Part shown: piece by piece, positions 63,902 through 64,000 of the stretch
Layout: the number at the start of each line of letters is the position of its first letter
Numbering within the stretch: the first letter of the stretch is position 1
Source: Anolis carolinensis
Taxonomy: Eukaryota
Direction of reading: 5' to 3'
Assembly (NCBI RefSeq): GCF_035594765.1
Contig: NC_085845.1
Location: 33,164,024 to 33,228,023, forward strand
DNA: 64,000 bases
The notes under the pieces: generated by a model
Database searches by the model: none
Told to the model about the DNA's origin: nothing
What the model saw: the letters and a program-made list of their open reading frames with translations, nothing else
Made by a program: the position numbers and the translations under genes

Positions 63902-64000
63902 CTCTGAATATATTGTAATCCGTTAAAAGGATGTAAACTTTATTTTTATTTAATACAATTGATGTTTAATTATTTTTAGATTTTAAATTTATTGAAATGC

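Noticed and set aside
32459-64000. NDST3 exon 3 (ALL.TQN.LR...FTFNLGFSGKFYHTG)
   Set aside because: Not found by eye in the sequence or ORF track; intron 2 appears to extend beyond the window. A short exon could have been missed.

Overview
This is AT-rich, transposon-dense squamate DNA; the repeat families point to an Anolis-type lizard. It contains the 5' end of NDST3 (heparan sulfate N-deacetylase/N-sulfotransferase 3) on the + strand: a CpG-island promoter with non-coding exon 1 (donor after 23541), intron 1, and the large first coding exon (31330-32458). Intron 2 runs past the end of the window. The rest is SINEs, BovB/L2/Penelope fragments, hAT/Tigger/Harbinger-type MITEs, a probable solo LTR and a U6 pseudogene. 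Top finding: a full-length, TSD-flanked RTEX-type LINE (54081-60304, - strand) has ORF1 and ORF2 in one reading frame, separated only by UGA-CUAG, the canonical stop-codon readthrough motif. There is no in-frame AUG ahead of the endonuclease motifs, which suggests a gag-pol-like ORF1-EN-RT fusion made by programmed readthrough. Other notable observations: minimal hammerhead ribozyme motifs in Penelope remnants (one inside a 215-bp palindrome), a perfect-Kozak uORF spliced across NDST3 intron 1, unusually long (61 and ~170 bp) duplications around Sauria SINEs, a CpG-rich hAT element built of nested palindromes, and a four-level nested insertion. All family names come from recognition by eye, not database searches.
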